DNA of 64,000 nucleotides from an uncultured Chlamydiae bacterium (GTDB lineage Bacteria; Chlamydiota; Chlamydiia; Chlamydiales; SM23-39): NCBI GenBank assembly GCA_963713105.1, contig CAVQKJ010000004.1, positions 548,035 to 612,034 of the forward strand, read 5' to 3'. Shown piece by piece: positions 10,320 to 19,433 of this stretch (position 1 is its first letter; each line of letters starts with the position of its first letter). The notes under the pieces were generated by a model. It saw only the letters and a program-made list of their open reading frames with translations, ran no database searches and was not told where the DNA came from. The position numbers and the translations under genes were made by a program.

Positions 10320-11744
10320 ATGCTGAAATCTTTCCTAATCGCCCTGGCCGCTATCTTTAGTTCAGGCTTGCTCTATTATTATTCGGAGAATTTTCATTCC
10401 GTATGGCAGCTCATGTGGATTGCTCCGGTGCCCGTATTGATCTACGCCTGCAAACACCGTTTTTGGGAATCGGCGGCGGTGGCGTTTTTCGCGGGGCTCT
10501 TCCGCGGTTTCAATTTTCTGATCGGAGAACAAACTTTAGGTCCTCAAGGAGCTTTCGCCATCTATTCCCTAGAAGAAAGCCTGGAATGGACTTTGATCAT
10601 CCTCCTGATCCGCTATTTGACGAGAAGACACAACACAGCCATTTTTCTCTACCCGTTCGCAATCGCCCTATGGGAATGGCTCAAATCGATCGGGCCGGTC
10701 GGAACCTTTACAACGATTTCCTACAGCCAGCTTCCCGTTTTGCCGATCGTCCAAATCGCATCGATCACCGGCCATACCGGCGTTTCTTTTATCGTCTCCC
10801 TTTTTGCATCCACCCTCTCCTACATCGTCCTGATCTATCAGCAAAAGAAAAAGAGACTCTGGATCGCGGGATGCAGTTTGGCCCTGATCGCTGGAAGCGT
10901 GATCTATGGCTTTTATCGGATCCATTCCTATGATGAGCGCTCCCTCCCTTCGATTCAAACAGGTCTCGCCTCGATTCAGTCCGATACAAAGAGGATTTTC
11001 GATCCGGCAAATGCCGAGTCGTTAGCCGATGAATATGTCCCTCTCATCCAAAATCTCGCCCAGCAAGGAGCTAAAGTCGTTTTGCTGCCGGAAGAGATGA
11101 GCAGCATCACTCAAGAATCCCGGCCTTCCCTACAAAACAAATGGTCCCAAATTGCGAAAGATGCGAATGCGATCGTGATCCTCGGCTTTCGGGAATACGC
11201 AGGATCGGACATTTATAATATCGCGTGGCTCTTCAGTGAAGAGGGGAATTTATTAGGCGAATATAAAAAAACACACTTAGTCCCCGGATTCGAAGACAAA
11301 TTAACACCCGGAGACAACGAACTGCTCACATTTTCTGTGGATAAACACCCTGCCGGCATAGCCATATGCAGGGACCTGGATTATCCGAACCCCGCCAGAC
11401 TCTACGGAGAGAAAAACACAGGCATATTATTTGTCCCCGCTTGGGATTTTATCATCGACGCTTACTATCATGCCCAAGGAGCTTTTATGCGGGGCATTGA
11501 AAATGGCTATACAATTGTCCGTTCCGCAAGAGATGGCCTTTTGACCGTGACTTCTCCTACCGGAAAAATTTTAGCCGAGGCCCCTGCCTTCCACACACCA
11601 TCCGCCATCCTCTCCGCCGCGGCCCCGATCGCCCTCCATACAAGCGTCTATGCCAGACATCCCTCTGTCTTCATCGCGATCCTCGGAGTGTTGTTTCTTA
11701 TCGGTTTTGCCGCTACCCTGTTTGCTAAGCGAACTTCAAAATGA
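10320..11744 (+). CDS. lnt: apolipoprotein N-acyltransferase-like protein (N-terminal polytopic membrane domain + C-terminal CN-hydrolase domain)
   Basis: About 200 aa with several hydrophobic helices, then a nitrilase/CN-hydrolase-like domain (VVLLPEEM..., IAICRDLDYP). The ORF track starts at TTG 10302; ATG at 10320 (MLKSFLIALAA) is more likely. Confidence 0.6.
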   Translation: MLKSFLIALAAIFSSGLLYYYSENFHSVWQLMWIAPVPVLIYACKHRFWESAAVAFFAGLFRGFNFLIGEQTLGPQGAFAIYSLEESLEWTLIILLIRYLTRRHNTAIFLYPFAIALWEWLKSIGPVGTFTTISYSQLPVLPIVQIASITGHTGVSFIVSLFASTLSYIVLIYQQKKKRLWIAGCSLALIAGSVIYGFYRIHSYDERSLPSIQTGLASIQSDTKRIFDPANAESLADEYVPLIQNLAQQGAKVVLLPEEMSSITQESRPSLQNKWSQIAKDANAIVILGFREYAGSDIYNIAWLFSEEGNLLGEYKKTHLVPGFEDKLTPGDNELLTFSVDKHPAGIAICRDLDYPNPARLYGEKNTGILFVPAWDFIIDAYYHAQGAFMRGIENGYTIVRSARDGLLTVTSPTGKILAEAPAFHTPSAILSAAAPIALHTSVYARHPSVFIAILGVLFLIGFAATLFAKRTSK

Positions 11745-12406
11745 GTGAATTCATGCAAACGAAAAAACCCTATAAAGGGATTGCGATGGAAGGCTTCATC
11801 GCAAAGTGGTACGACAAAATTCGGAAATCGTCTCCCGATCAAGACCGTCTCATCAAAAAAATAAGGGAAACACTGCCAGCGGGAGGCCGCATTCTCGAAG
11901 CGGCGCCTGGTCCGGGTTATCTAGCGATCGAACTGTCCAAAAACTATCGCGTCGCCGGCTTAGATATAAGCCGGACTTTTGTCCAAATCGCACAAGAAAA
12001 CGCCAAAAAAGCAGGAGCTTCTGTCGATTTTCAGCACGGCAACGCCTCGGAAATGACTTTTGCATCCGAAACCTTCGATTTTCTCATTTGCGTAGCCGCA
12101 TTTAAGAATTTTTCCGAACCTTTGAAAGCGTTGCATGAAATGCACCGCGTCCTCAAAAAAGGGGGCCATGCCCTCATCGTCGACTTGCGCAAGGATTGCT
12201 CTATGCAAACCATCGAGACCCACATTCAATCCGATTTAAAACTCCGAGGGTTGAATGCCCTACTGACAAAATGGACATTCAAACATATCTTGCTTAAAAA
12301 CGCGCATACCAGACCTGCGATTGAGAATCTCGTTTCTCAGACCCGATTTGCAAAATGGGATATCCAGGAAGAAGGCCTCGGTCTAGATATCTATCTGACC
12401 AAATAA
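11741..12406 (+). CDS. class I SAM-dependent methyltransferase
   Basis: ILEAAPGPGYLAIEL (motif I GxGxG-like), LDIS, ...LKKGGHALIVDL; ATGA overlap with the upstream gene. Confidence 0.75.
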   Translation: MSEFMQTKKPYKGIAMEGFIAKWYDKIRKSSPDQDRLIKKIRETLPAGGRILEAAPGPGYLAIELSKNYRVAGLDISRTFVQIAQENAKKAGASVDFQHGNASEMTFASETFDFLICVAAFKNFSEPLKALHEMHRVLKKGGHALIVDLRKDCSMQTIETHIQSDLKLRGLNALLTKWTFKHILLKNAHTRPAIENLVSQTRFAKWDIQEEGLGLDIYLTK

Positions 12407-12414
12407 AGAAAAGA

Positions 12415-12434
12415 GGCCATCCGGTCGGATGGCC
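12415..12434. terminator. GC-rich hairpin GGCCATCC-GGTC-GGATGGCC between convergent genes (putative bidirectional terminator)
   Basis: Perfect 8-bp GC-rich stem with a 4-nt loop, between the methyltransferase stop (12406) and the minus-strand gene stop (12445). A-rich tract aaataaagaaaag lies on the side appropriate for the minus-strand transcript. Confidence 0.5.
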
Positions 12435-12444
12435 CTGATATCGA

Positions 12445-12930
12445 TTAAACGACTTCGTGCCAAACTTTGGCTACGATCATGAAACGGCCCTCTGATTTGG
12501 CGAAACAGAGATGGTCGACGAAGACTTTGCCGTTGATGTTCAAACGGACCTTCGCAACCGCTGCGGTGTCTGAAAGAAAATCGACTGACATCAATTCATC
12601 TTCGCGAACCCGTCCCTGGCTTTGAGGGGAAACCCGTTTTTCGATGACTGCGCGGTAATCGGCGATCGGCATCGCTGTCATCGTTTGACCATCAGAATCA
12701 AACAAGCTGCAGCTCGGATGGAACACTTGGTCGAATTTGTCGAGATTGCATTCGTAGAGAGCTTGGAAATAGAGCTCCACTGCGTTGCCAAGATCGATCT
12801 TATTTTGTTCCGCCAGATCCACAGGTTTTGAATCGATTTTGGCCTCAGCCGCTACTCGACCGCAGGCTTCAGCCAGTTGATAAGCCACAGCCGCTGAATA
12901 GGCATTTGAATGAATTCCTTGAATTTCCAT
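12445..12930 (-). CDS. hypothetical protein, NTF2-like/SnoaL-like fold suspected
   Basis: 161 aa, no signal peptide, no strong motif. Fold assignment is by overall pattern only. Confidence 0.4.
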   Translation of the reverse strand: MEIQGIHSNAYSAAVAYQLAEACGRVAAEAKIDSKPVDLAEQNKIDLGNAVELYFQALYECNLDKFDQVFHPSCSLFDSDGQTMTAMPIADYRAVIEKRVSPQSQGRVREDELMSVDFLSDTAAVAKVRLNINGKVFVDHLCFAKSEGRFMIVAKVWHEVV

Positions 12931-13044
12931 ATATATCCTCAGATTGAAATCGCCAATAAAAATACAAAAAAATTCGAATTAAATGAATCATAAATAATTA
13001 TTAATATTTTCACTAAAAACAATCTTCTGGATTTATCCTCTGAG

Positions 13045-14331
13045 ATGATATTTAAAAATTTTATGAGAATATTCCTTTGGCCTTGCCTCCTATTTTTCTC
13101 CCTTTGCCTCACGGGTCTTAATTCAGAAGAATCGAGCTACGGGATCAGCGGTAACCCAGGCGCCGTCAATATTTTGATCGGCACTGGAGAACTGGGGAAT
13201 TTATTGCAGATACCTAAAACCTCAGGATTCCGGCTTGGCGGGCTTTATATGGCCGACACCAATGCCCTCATGAGCGGAGGGAATGGCTCTCATGGAGGCA
13301 GGGTCTGGACCAGCAACAGCGTCTTAATTCTCGATCTGTCGATAGACATGGATAAGGCTTTTGGATGGAAGGGGGCTTTTTTCGGTTCGGAGTTCCTCCA
13401 ATTCAACGGACAGTCGACGAACGCCGATGCGGGCGTCGTCCAAGGATACAACAGCCTCCCCGGCGACCCTCCGTTGAATCGATCTGAACTTTATCAACTC
13501 TGGATCCGCCAAGAATTGCTCGATAAAAAACTGAGCATCCGGATCGGGAAATCGGTCCCCACCTATCACTTCAATAACGTGTCCAAACCAGTGCCCACGG
13601 ACAATCCGGCAGTCTCCATCCCCTCCGTGAGTGGATTGATCTATACCCCGATCTTCGTCAACACGACCTTGTTAGGAGCCATCGGAGGCTTTTATAACTC
13701 CGTCTATGGGATCGTAGCGACTATTGCCCCCATCAAAGAATCGTATATCAACATCGGTTTTTTCGACGGCAACGTCGCGAGAGGCATTCAGACCGGGATG
13801 AAAGGACCCCATTTCAACGGCTATTACTTTTCGATCGTCGAAACCGGATATGGCTGGTCGGGATCTAAACCGGGCATTGTCGCCATCGGAGGCTGGTACC
13901 AGAGCGGCGTGCTGCGGTCAGGTACGCAAAAAGAAAGAGGGACCGGAGGCCTTTACGCCTTCGGCTCGCAAGCCCTCTGGATTAAAGACACACGCACCCC
14001 GAACCAAGGGAACTTATCCGGATTTTTCCAATTCGGTTGGAACCATTCGAGAACTTTGGAGATGGATCTCTTTCTCGGCTTAGGGCTCACCGCTTTTTCG
14101 ATCGTCCCAAAACGGCCGAACGACTCTTTTGGCGTCGGACTCGCTTGGTCCCGCTTAAATCCTCATAGCTTCATCCGCTCTTCGGAATTGATGATCCAAG
14201 GCTATTACCAAGCGCAAGTGTACGGCCCCATCTATTTCCAACCAGTATTCAGCTATATCCCGAATCCAGGGGCCCATCCCTTCCGATCCAACGTTTCAGC
14301 CTTCACAGCCCGCCTCACTACCTTATTTTAG
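13045..14331 (+). CDS. outer-membrane beta-barrel porin, OprB (carbohydrate-selective porin)-like
   Basis: Signal peptide (MRIFLWPCLLFFSLCLTG), alternating beta-strand pattern, LWIRQELLDKKLSIRIGK segment resembling OprB family, C-terminal ...TTLF. Confidence 0.45.
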   Translation: MIFKNFMRIFLWPCLLFFSLCLTGLNSEESSYGISGNPGAVNILIGTGELGNLLQIPKTSGFRLGGLYMADTNALMSGGNGSHGGRVWTSNSVLILDLSIDMDKAFGWKGAFFGSEFLQFNGQSTNADAGVVQGYNSLPGDPPLNRSELYQLWIRQELLDKKLSIRIGKSVPTYHFNNVSKPVPTDNPAVSIPSVSGLIYTPIFVNTTLLGAIGGFYNSVYGIVATIAPIKESYINIGFFDGNVARGIQTGMKGPHFNGYYFSIVETGYGWSGSKPGIVAIGGWYQSGVLRSGTQKERGTGGLYAFGSQALWIKDTRTPNQGNLSGFFQFGWNHSRTLEMDLFLGLGLTAFSIVPKRPNDSFGVGLAWSRLNPHSFIRSSELMIQGYYQAQVYGPIYFQPVFSYIPNPGAHPFRSNVSAFTARLTTLF

Positions 14332-14395
14332 CCTCATTTATTCTTGCAGTTTCGCCGAGGCTGTGAAAAAATTGATACCCAGCCGCTTTTGCGAG

Positions 14396-14492
14396 CTTTT
14401 TGGCCCTTTTTTTGCTTCAAGCCTTCGGACAACTCTCTTCGAGTTGCCCTCGTCTTGAATCAAAATAATTGCAGAAAAACCTCATCAAAATC
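14396..14492. repeat. intergenic repeat family copy A (tttttggcNNNttttttt ... tgcagaaaaaYCatc.aaaa.tc)
   Basis: Shares 5' and 3' blocks with the copies at 26524..26616 and 27765..27859; see findings. Confidence 0.5.
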
Positions 14493-14598
14493 GGTGGAAG
14501 TCTCCATTTTTTCACAGCCTCTCCGGCTCCCATGCCATTTGCCGCCTCGGCCTTGGATCAAGTTCTTGCTGCAGAACAATCCTGAGGGATTGTAATCA

Positions 14599-17312
14599 CT
14601 AAAAATCCCTCGTGAGGCGCAGCATTCCTTCCTGGGTCCAGTATTGAGATCCGAATTCGCCGTTGTATTGGATACTTAGAGTGACTGGCTTGATTTGGCC
14701 CCAGCGCCAGAGGAATTCAAGCCCTGCGGAGCCGAGGTTTTGCGTGTCGCGGAAAGTTTCGAAGCTGAAGAAGGCAGGGGTGCCGACGATCGAGGCGGAG
14801 ACGCCTCCGGTGCGGAAGGCTTTAAGGTTGACGTAGCTTAATTTTTCCATGACCATCCAAGAACCCCAGCATGTGTTTTTGGTTTGGAAGAAGCGGAAGC
14901 CTCCTTCGGAGCGAAGGAATTGGGAACAGTGGGATTCTTGGGACATGTTGAAAGCGCCGGCGCCTGATTCCTGGAAATTGTCTTGCCAATCTACAGCCAG
15001 GTCGAATTGGGCAAATGGATTGACGGTGAAAAAACTGCAGTTTTCATGATAACCGATCCCGAAGTGGGGAACGAGCTGCCAGCTATGGTAGTCGGCTTTA
15101 GCGGTCAAATCGGTGCCGGGAAAGAAAATATGCCTTTCGTTATGGATTTGGTTGTATGCGCCCCAGGCGGCAAATTCTAAATACAAAGGGATATCGCCTA
15201 GGCCATAAACAGTGTCGTAAAGGGTGGCAAAGAAATAGTCCAAATGGGCTGTTCCGGCTGCATCATGATCAGTTATACGCGTATAAGCGCCCCCTGCGCC
15301 AATGCCGAATAGGTTCCGCTCCCCATAGAAATCCCATCCCAGGATGCCGCCGCCCGACCAGAAATGGAAAGCGGGATTTTCATCCAACTCATCTTGATGG
15401 GCATATTCTGCCAAAACTCCAACCCAGAAAGAATGTTTCTCGCAAGTGGGCGGCAAGCACATCCGTCCTGAGGCGTCCGCTGTCAGCAGGTTTGTTTGCT
15501 CATCGAACAAAGAGGCGACTTCTGGCCTTGAACCTTTGGGCCCATGATAGAATCGCTGGTCGACCAAGTGGCCTGCCAGAAGATTGTTGAATGCGAATAA
15601 CGTGTTTTGCTCAGCAAATGGGACAAAGGCGTTTCTCGAGGGAGATGCGCTCACCAAAGCGTTTGACAAAGTGCTGCCGGAAAGGTTTGCGAGAGCCAAA
15701 GTGGCGGAAGAAGTCGGTGCATTTAAATTCAGATAGCGGGCGAATTTCGCTGCTTGGCCTCTCAGGCCTGTTGTGTTGATGAGTAAGCTGGATGGATTGC
15801 TATTCATTACCCAGTTTAATAAAACATCGGTATTAGATTGGTAGGTTAAAGACAAAGTATATCCAGGTAGACTTCCCAATACAGTCGAATTGAATGTACC
15901 TGTATAAGGTGTCGTAGAATGAAGGATTAAGTTGCTGCCGGAAGTTCCATAATTGCCCGGATCGGCCACGACTTGCACGCTGCCGCCTAATGTGACAGTA
16001 GCTCCAACTCCAGTTACAGTCGATAAAATTTCAGATGATTGGGAGGGGGAGATTTCAATTTGGGTGATACTACCGTTATCTAAGATCAAATTCCCCGCGA
16101 CCGTCAATGTCCCGATCGATGTTCCCGGAGCAATGGTCCCCCCAGAGGCGACCGTTACGGCTTGCACCGTTCCTGTCCCTTTCAGCGTGCCTCCGCTGTT
16201 GACCGTCGTGGCGCTGGAAGTTATAGAACCCGTCACGGACAAGATTCCCGCATTGACATTAGTTGCGCCGCTGTAGGAAGCAGTATTTGAATAAGTGAGC
16301 GTCCCTCCTCCAATTTTTTCCACAGTCGTGAAGGGAGGTCCCGCAGTTTCAGTAATCGTTCCGGACAAAGTCAATGCGGTCGTGGAGGCGATATCGAACG
16401 CAGCAACGGAATTTGTCTCATCAATTATTTGTACAGATTGAGAAATCGTAAAAGGAGTGCTTCCCGTAACTTGAAAGGTGCTTGTTCCATTCGCTCCTCC
16501 GATTTCTAACATATTTGTGAGCCCTATGTTGGCAAAAGAGGAAACAGAAACAGTTCCTAGCTCAATTACTAACTGTTCTATTGAATTGCTCGTTCCGGTT
16601 AGCGTTATAAATGCGGTGTTACCATTTGTTGCGAACTGAATTAAGTTATTAAGGGTCCCGCTAAAGGTTGTATTATTTGTAGTGAGGAGTAATACACCCT
16701 CCCCCCAAAACCCGTTACTTGGCCATTGCCGGTAAGGCCTCCTGCAATCATTTCTCCATCGATTTGAAAGATTCCAGGATTTACAACATTTAAATTCCCT
16801 GTATAAGCTGAAGAAGCAGCGCCAAAGTCGTTATATTCAACTGTTCCTGAAAGGATGTTCAAATCTCCAGCGCCAGAAAAAGTAGTGGGGGTGTTCTGTA
16901 GACCGATCGCAATATTATTTCCGGAAGTATTGGTCACATTGACTGGGCTTGAGAATACGAGAGTTGGGGGATCGAATGCCAAGCTGCCGCCTGTTGCGTT
17001 TATAGTCGCAATTCCCGAATTGCAATTCGTTGCAGAAAAAGTGAATGAGCCGCCAAGTATACCTATATCAACTGTTCCCCCTGTCATTTCCAAACTCCCC
17101 ACTGTGATTCCTCCACCGGGCAGAGTGACAACATTTGCCGTATGGGCCGCAGTGAAGGTCGCATTGGCGTCGGTCGAATCGGGATAGCACCCTCCAGTCC
17201 AAAAGGAGGCATTGTCCCAATTATCATTGTCTGCTCCTATCCAGGTATTTGTCGGCGCGGGACATGTTGGCTGCGGACATGCTTGGGCAGCGAGGAATGA
17301 AGGTATCAACAA
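14599..17312 (-). pseudogene. Pmp-like autotransporter (passenger + C-terminal beta-barrel), interrupted by a frameshift at a G6 tract; no canonical start codon
   Basis: ORF 16641..17312 is a signal-peptide-like N-terminus (KKSFHLSLSTIALLIPSFLAAQA|CP) plus passenger. ORF 14599..16512 continues the passenger and ends in an autotransporter beta-domain (...LEFLWRWGQ...YNGEFGSQYWTQEGMLRLTRDF). The second frame is open and passenger-like back to 16700, and the frames switch at tttGGGGGGaggg (fwd 16701-16706 CCCCCC). No in-frame ATG lies upstream of the signal peptide (only TTG/ATT). Confidence 0.7.
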
Positions 17313-17588
17313 CGCAATTGTCGAAAGAGATAAATGAAAAGACTTTTTCGTAGAAACCGATTCCGTTGGGTTAATACACCATTTTCGATAGGAACTTTTA
17401 GTAAATCAAAAATTTATTTCTTTGAGAATTTTTTTTTGTGAGAAGTATGGAAACAATTTGAAGACCTCTCTTAGAGGGTGTTTAAATATTAACTTTCGTC
17501 GAGTTTTTGGATTATTTTTATCAAATGAGAGAGCGCTGCATTATTATTAGGCATATCCAGTTCCGGATCGGCGTTCTGTACTTTATAT

Positions 17589-17749
17589 TATTACTCCGCT
17601 AGGCAAACAAGCGACATATAGCTTGCTGCGGCTTTGCCATATTAATCCTCCTCCTCGGTCTAGCCTTTGGCTATGCCTCTCGTCGTTCGGATCAATCTGG
17701 CTTTGCCTCGCTGGCGCTCTCTGTCGCTTGTTTGCCTAGCGGAGTAATA
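17589..17749. mobile_element. 161-bp MITE-like element, copy 1, with 28-bp perfect terminal inverted repeats
   Basis: TIRs are tattactccgctaggcaaacaagcgaca ... tgtcgcttgtttgcctagcggagtaata. The internal sequence is the reverse complement (1 mismatch) of the copy at 56787..56947. No ORF of transposase size. Confidence 0.75.
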
Positions 17750-17809
17750 GCCTCATTTTTTCTTGCATTTCCCAGCCGTTCTGGTTACAGAAAGAAAAAA
17801 GGGACAATT

Positions 17810-19012
17810 ATGCTGAAGAAAATCCAAATGATCTCGTTGATTGCCGCCGCATTGCAAGCGTCCTCCTTAATGGGAGCCTCCTACAAAGTTCCGGCGACCA
17901 ACGATACGACGACGCTCGGTCTTTTCACTCTGGATAAAAAGCCTGTGGTCAAAATCCGCTCCGGAGACATCGTTTCCATGGAAACATGGAATAGTTGCCT
18001 CCATGTCATGCAGTTCAATCAAACGACGCCCGCCGAGGTGGCCCAATTTTATACAGAGAACGACATCCAGCAAAGGCGCGGCATGCACACCGTGACAGGC
18101 CCTGTCTATATCGAAGGGGCCGAGCCGGGAGATGTGTTGGAAATCCGGGTCCTCGATATTAAATTGACCGACTGGGGCTATAATTTCTTAAGCCCTACCG
18201 CTGGCATTTTGACCGAATTCACCAAGCCGAGGATCAAATACTTCAAATACGATAAAGAGAATAACACGACTGAATTCGTCAAAGGCGTTTGTTTCCACTT
18301 AAAGCCTTTTCCCGGCGTACTCGCCGTCGCCCCTCCCCTTGATTGGCCCGATGGATGGCCTGTCGATCTCCAGACTAAAATGGGACAGCCTGTTAAGGGC
18401 GAATTCAATTCCGTTCCGCCAGGGCCATTCGGGGGCAATTTAGACATGCCCGAATTGCAGGCGGGGTCGGTCCTTTTCGTCCCCGTCTTCCAAAAAGGGG
18501 GCCTCGTCTGGACCGGAGACTCTCACGCGATGCAGAATAACGGCGAAATCGACGTCACCGCTTTGGAGACCGCCTATGAAGGGATCACCCTCCAATTTTT
18601 CGTGCGTAAAGACCTAAAAGCAGAGGGAGTCGCTGACAAAACAAAACGGAAAGGCGGCGACGTGTTCACTTGGCCGATCGTCGAAAATTCCACCCACTGG
18701 ATGATCGTCGGTTTAAACACCGATCTTTTCGAGGCCATGAAACTCGCCTCGCTCAATGCGATCGATTTTTTAGTCCGGACGCAAGGGTTTACTCCAGAGG
18801 ATAGTTACCAATTTTTGAGCATGATGAGCGATTACGAGATCGCAGAAGCTGTCAACGCCGTGAAAAACGTCACAGTCCACATTCCTAAGGACGCGTTCAA
18901 AGGAACCGGTAAAAAATCGACCCTTTGTTCGGAAGCGGTTTTCCCGCTGACCCCTCCTAAAATAAACATGGATGCTCCCTGCGTACCTCAAGAGGGAATC
19001 ATTGTTCAATAA
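17810..19012 (+). CDS. acetamidase/formamidase (FmdA/AmdA) family protein with signal peptide
   Basis: GPVYIEGAEPGDVLEIRVLDI is typical of the FmdA_AmdA family. ATG 17810 (MLKKIQMISLIAAALQASSLMGAS) is preferred over the ORF-track start 17732, which lies inside the MITE. Confidence 0.75.
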   Translation: MLKKIQMISLIAAALQASSLMGASYKVPATNDTTTLGLFTLDKKPVVKIRSGDIVSMETWNSCLHVMQFNQTTPAEVAQFYTENDIQQRRGMHTVTGPVYIEGAEPGDVLEIRVLDIKLTDWGYNFLSPTAGILTEFTKPRIKYFKYDKENNTTEFVKGVCFHLKPFPGVLAVAPPLDWPDGWPVDLQTKMGQPVKGEFNSVPPGPFGGNLDMPELQAGSVLFVPVFQKGGLVWTGDSHAMQNNGEIDVTALETAYEGITLQFFVRKDLKAEGVADKTKRKGGDVFTWPIVENSTHWMIVGLNTDLFEAMKLASLNAIDFLVRTQGFTPEDSYQFLSMMSDYEIAEAVNAVKNVTVHIPKDAFKGTGKKSTLCSEAVFPLTPPKINMDAPCVPQEGIIVQ

Positions 19013-19024
19013 TCAGAGGATCCA

Positions 19025-19414
19025 ATGAAAAAATTTCTTCTTTTCTTCTTTTTTTTAGCTTCGACGTGTTTCGCCGAAAATCTCGTCCTCGACAACCAGA
19101 CCTCCTTTCCCATAGCGAAATCGAAGATCGCGGTCCAATGGGCCTCTTCCGCCCGAGGAGTGGATGAAGCGAACAAGGCTTTGGTCCATGGACTGAAATT
19201 GAACCCAGCCTCTATGCAGCTCCTCTCGCAAACCGGCAAAATCGTCTTGAACATCCCCAAAAAAGCAGAGTATTTCAGAGTCCTCGCCTGGACGGGGAGC
19301 AATGGGAAACCCGATCTGCATACCAATTGGGTCCAGATCGTCCCCAACAAAACCTACACCTTGGAAGCGGACCATCTCGTCCCCACCGCGCTCCTGTCTG
19401 GCTCCGGCTGCTAA
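19025..19414 (+). CDS. small secreted hypothetical protein
   Basis: 129 aa, signal peptide MKKFLLFFFFLASTCFA, no recognisable domain. Confidence 0.4.
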   Translation: MKKFLLFFFFLASTCFAENLVLDNQTSFPIAKSKIAVQWASSARGVDEANKALVHGLKLNPASMQLLSQTGKIVLNIPKKAEYFRVLAWTGSNGKPDLHTNWVQIVPNKTYTLEADHLVPTALLSGSGC

Positions 19415-19433
19415 GGAGAGATTTTCAGGCGAT

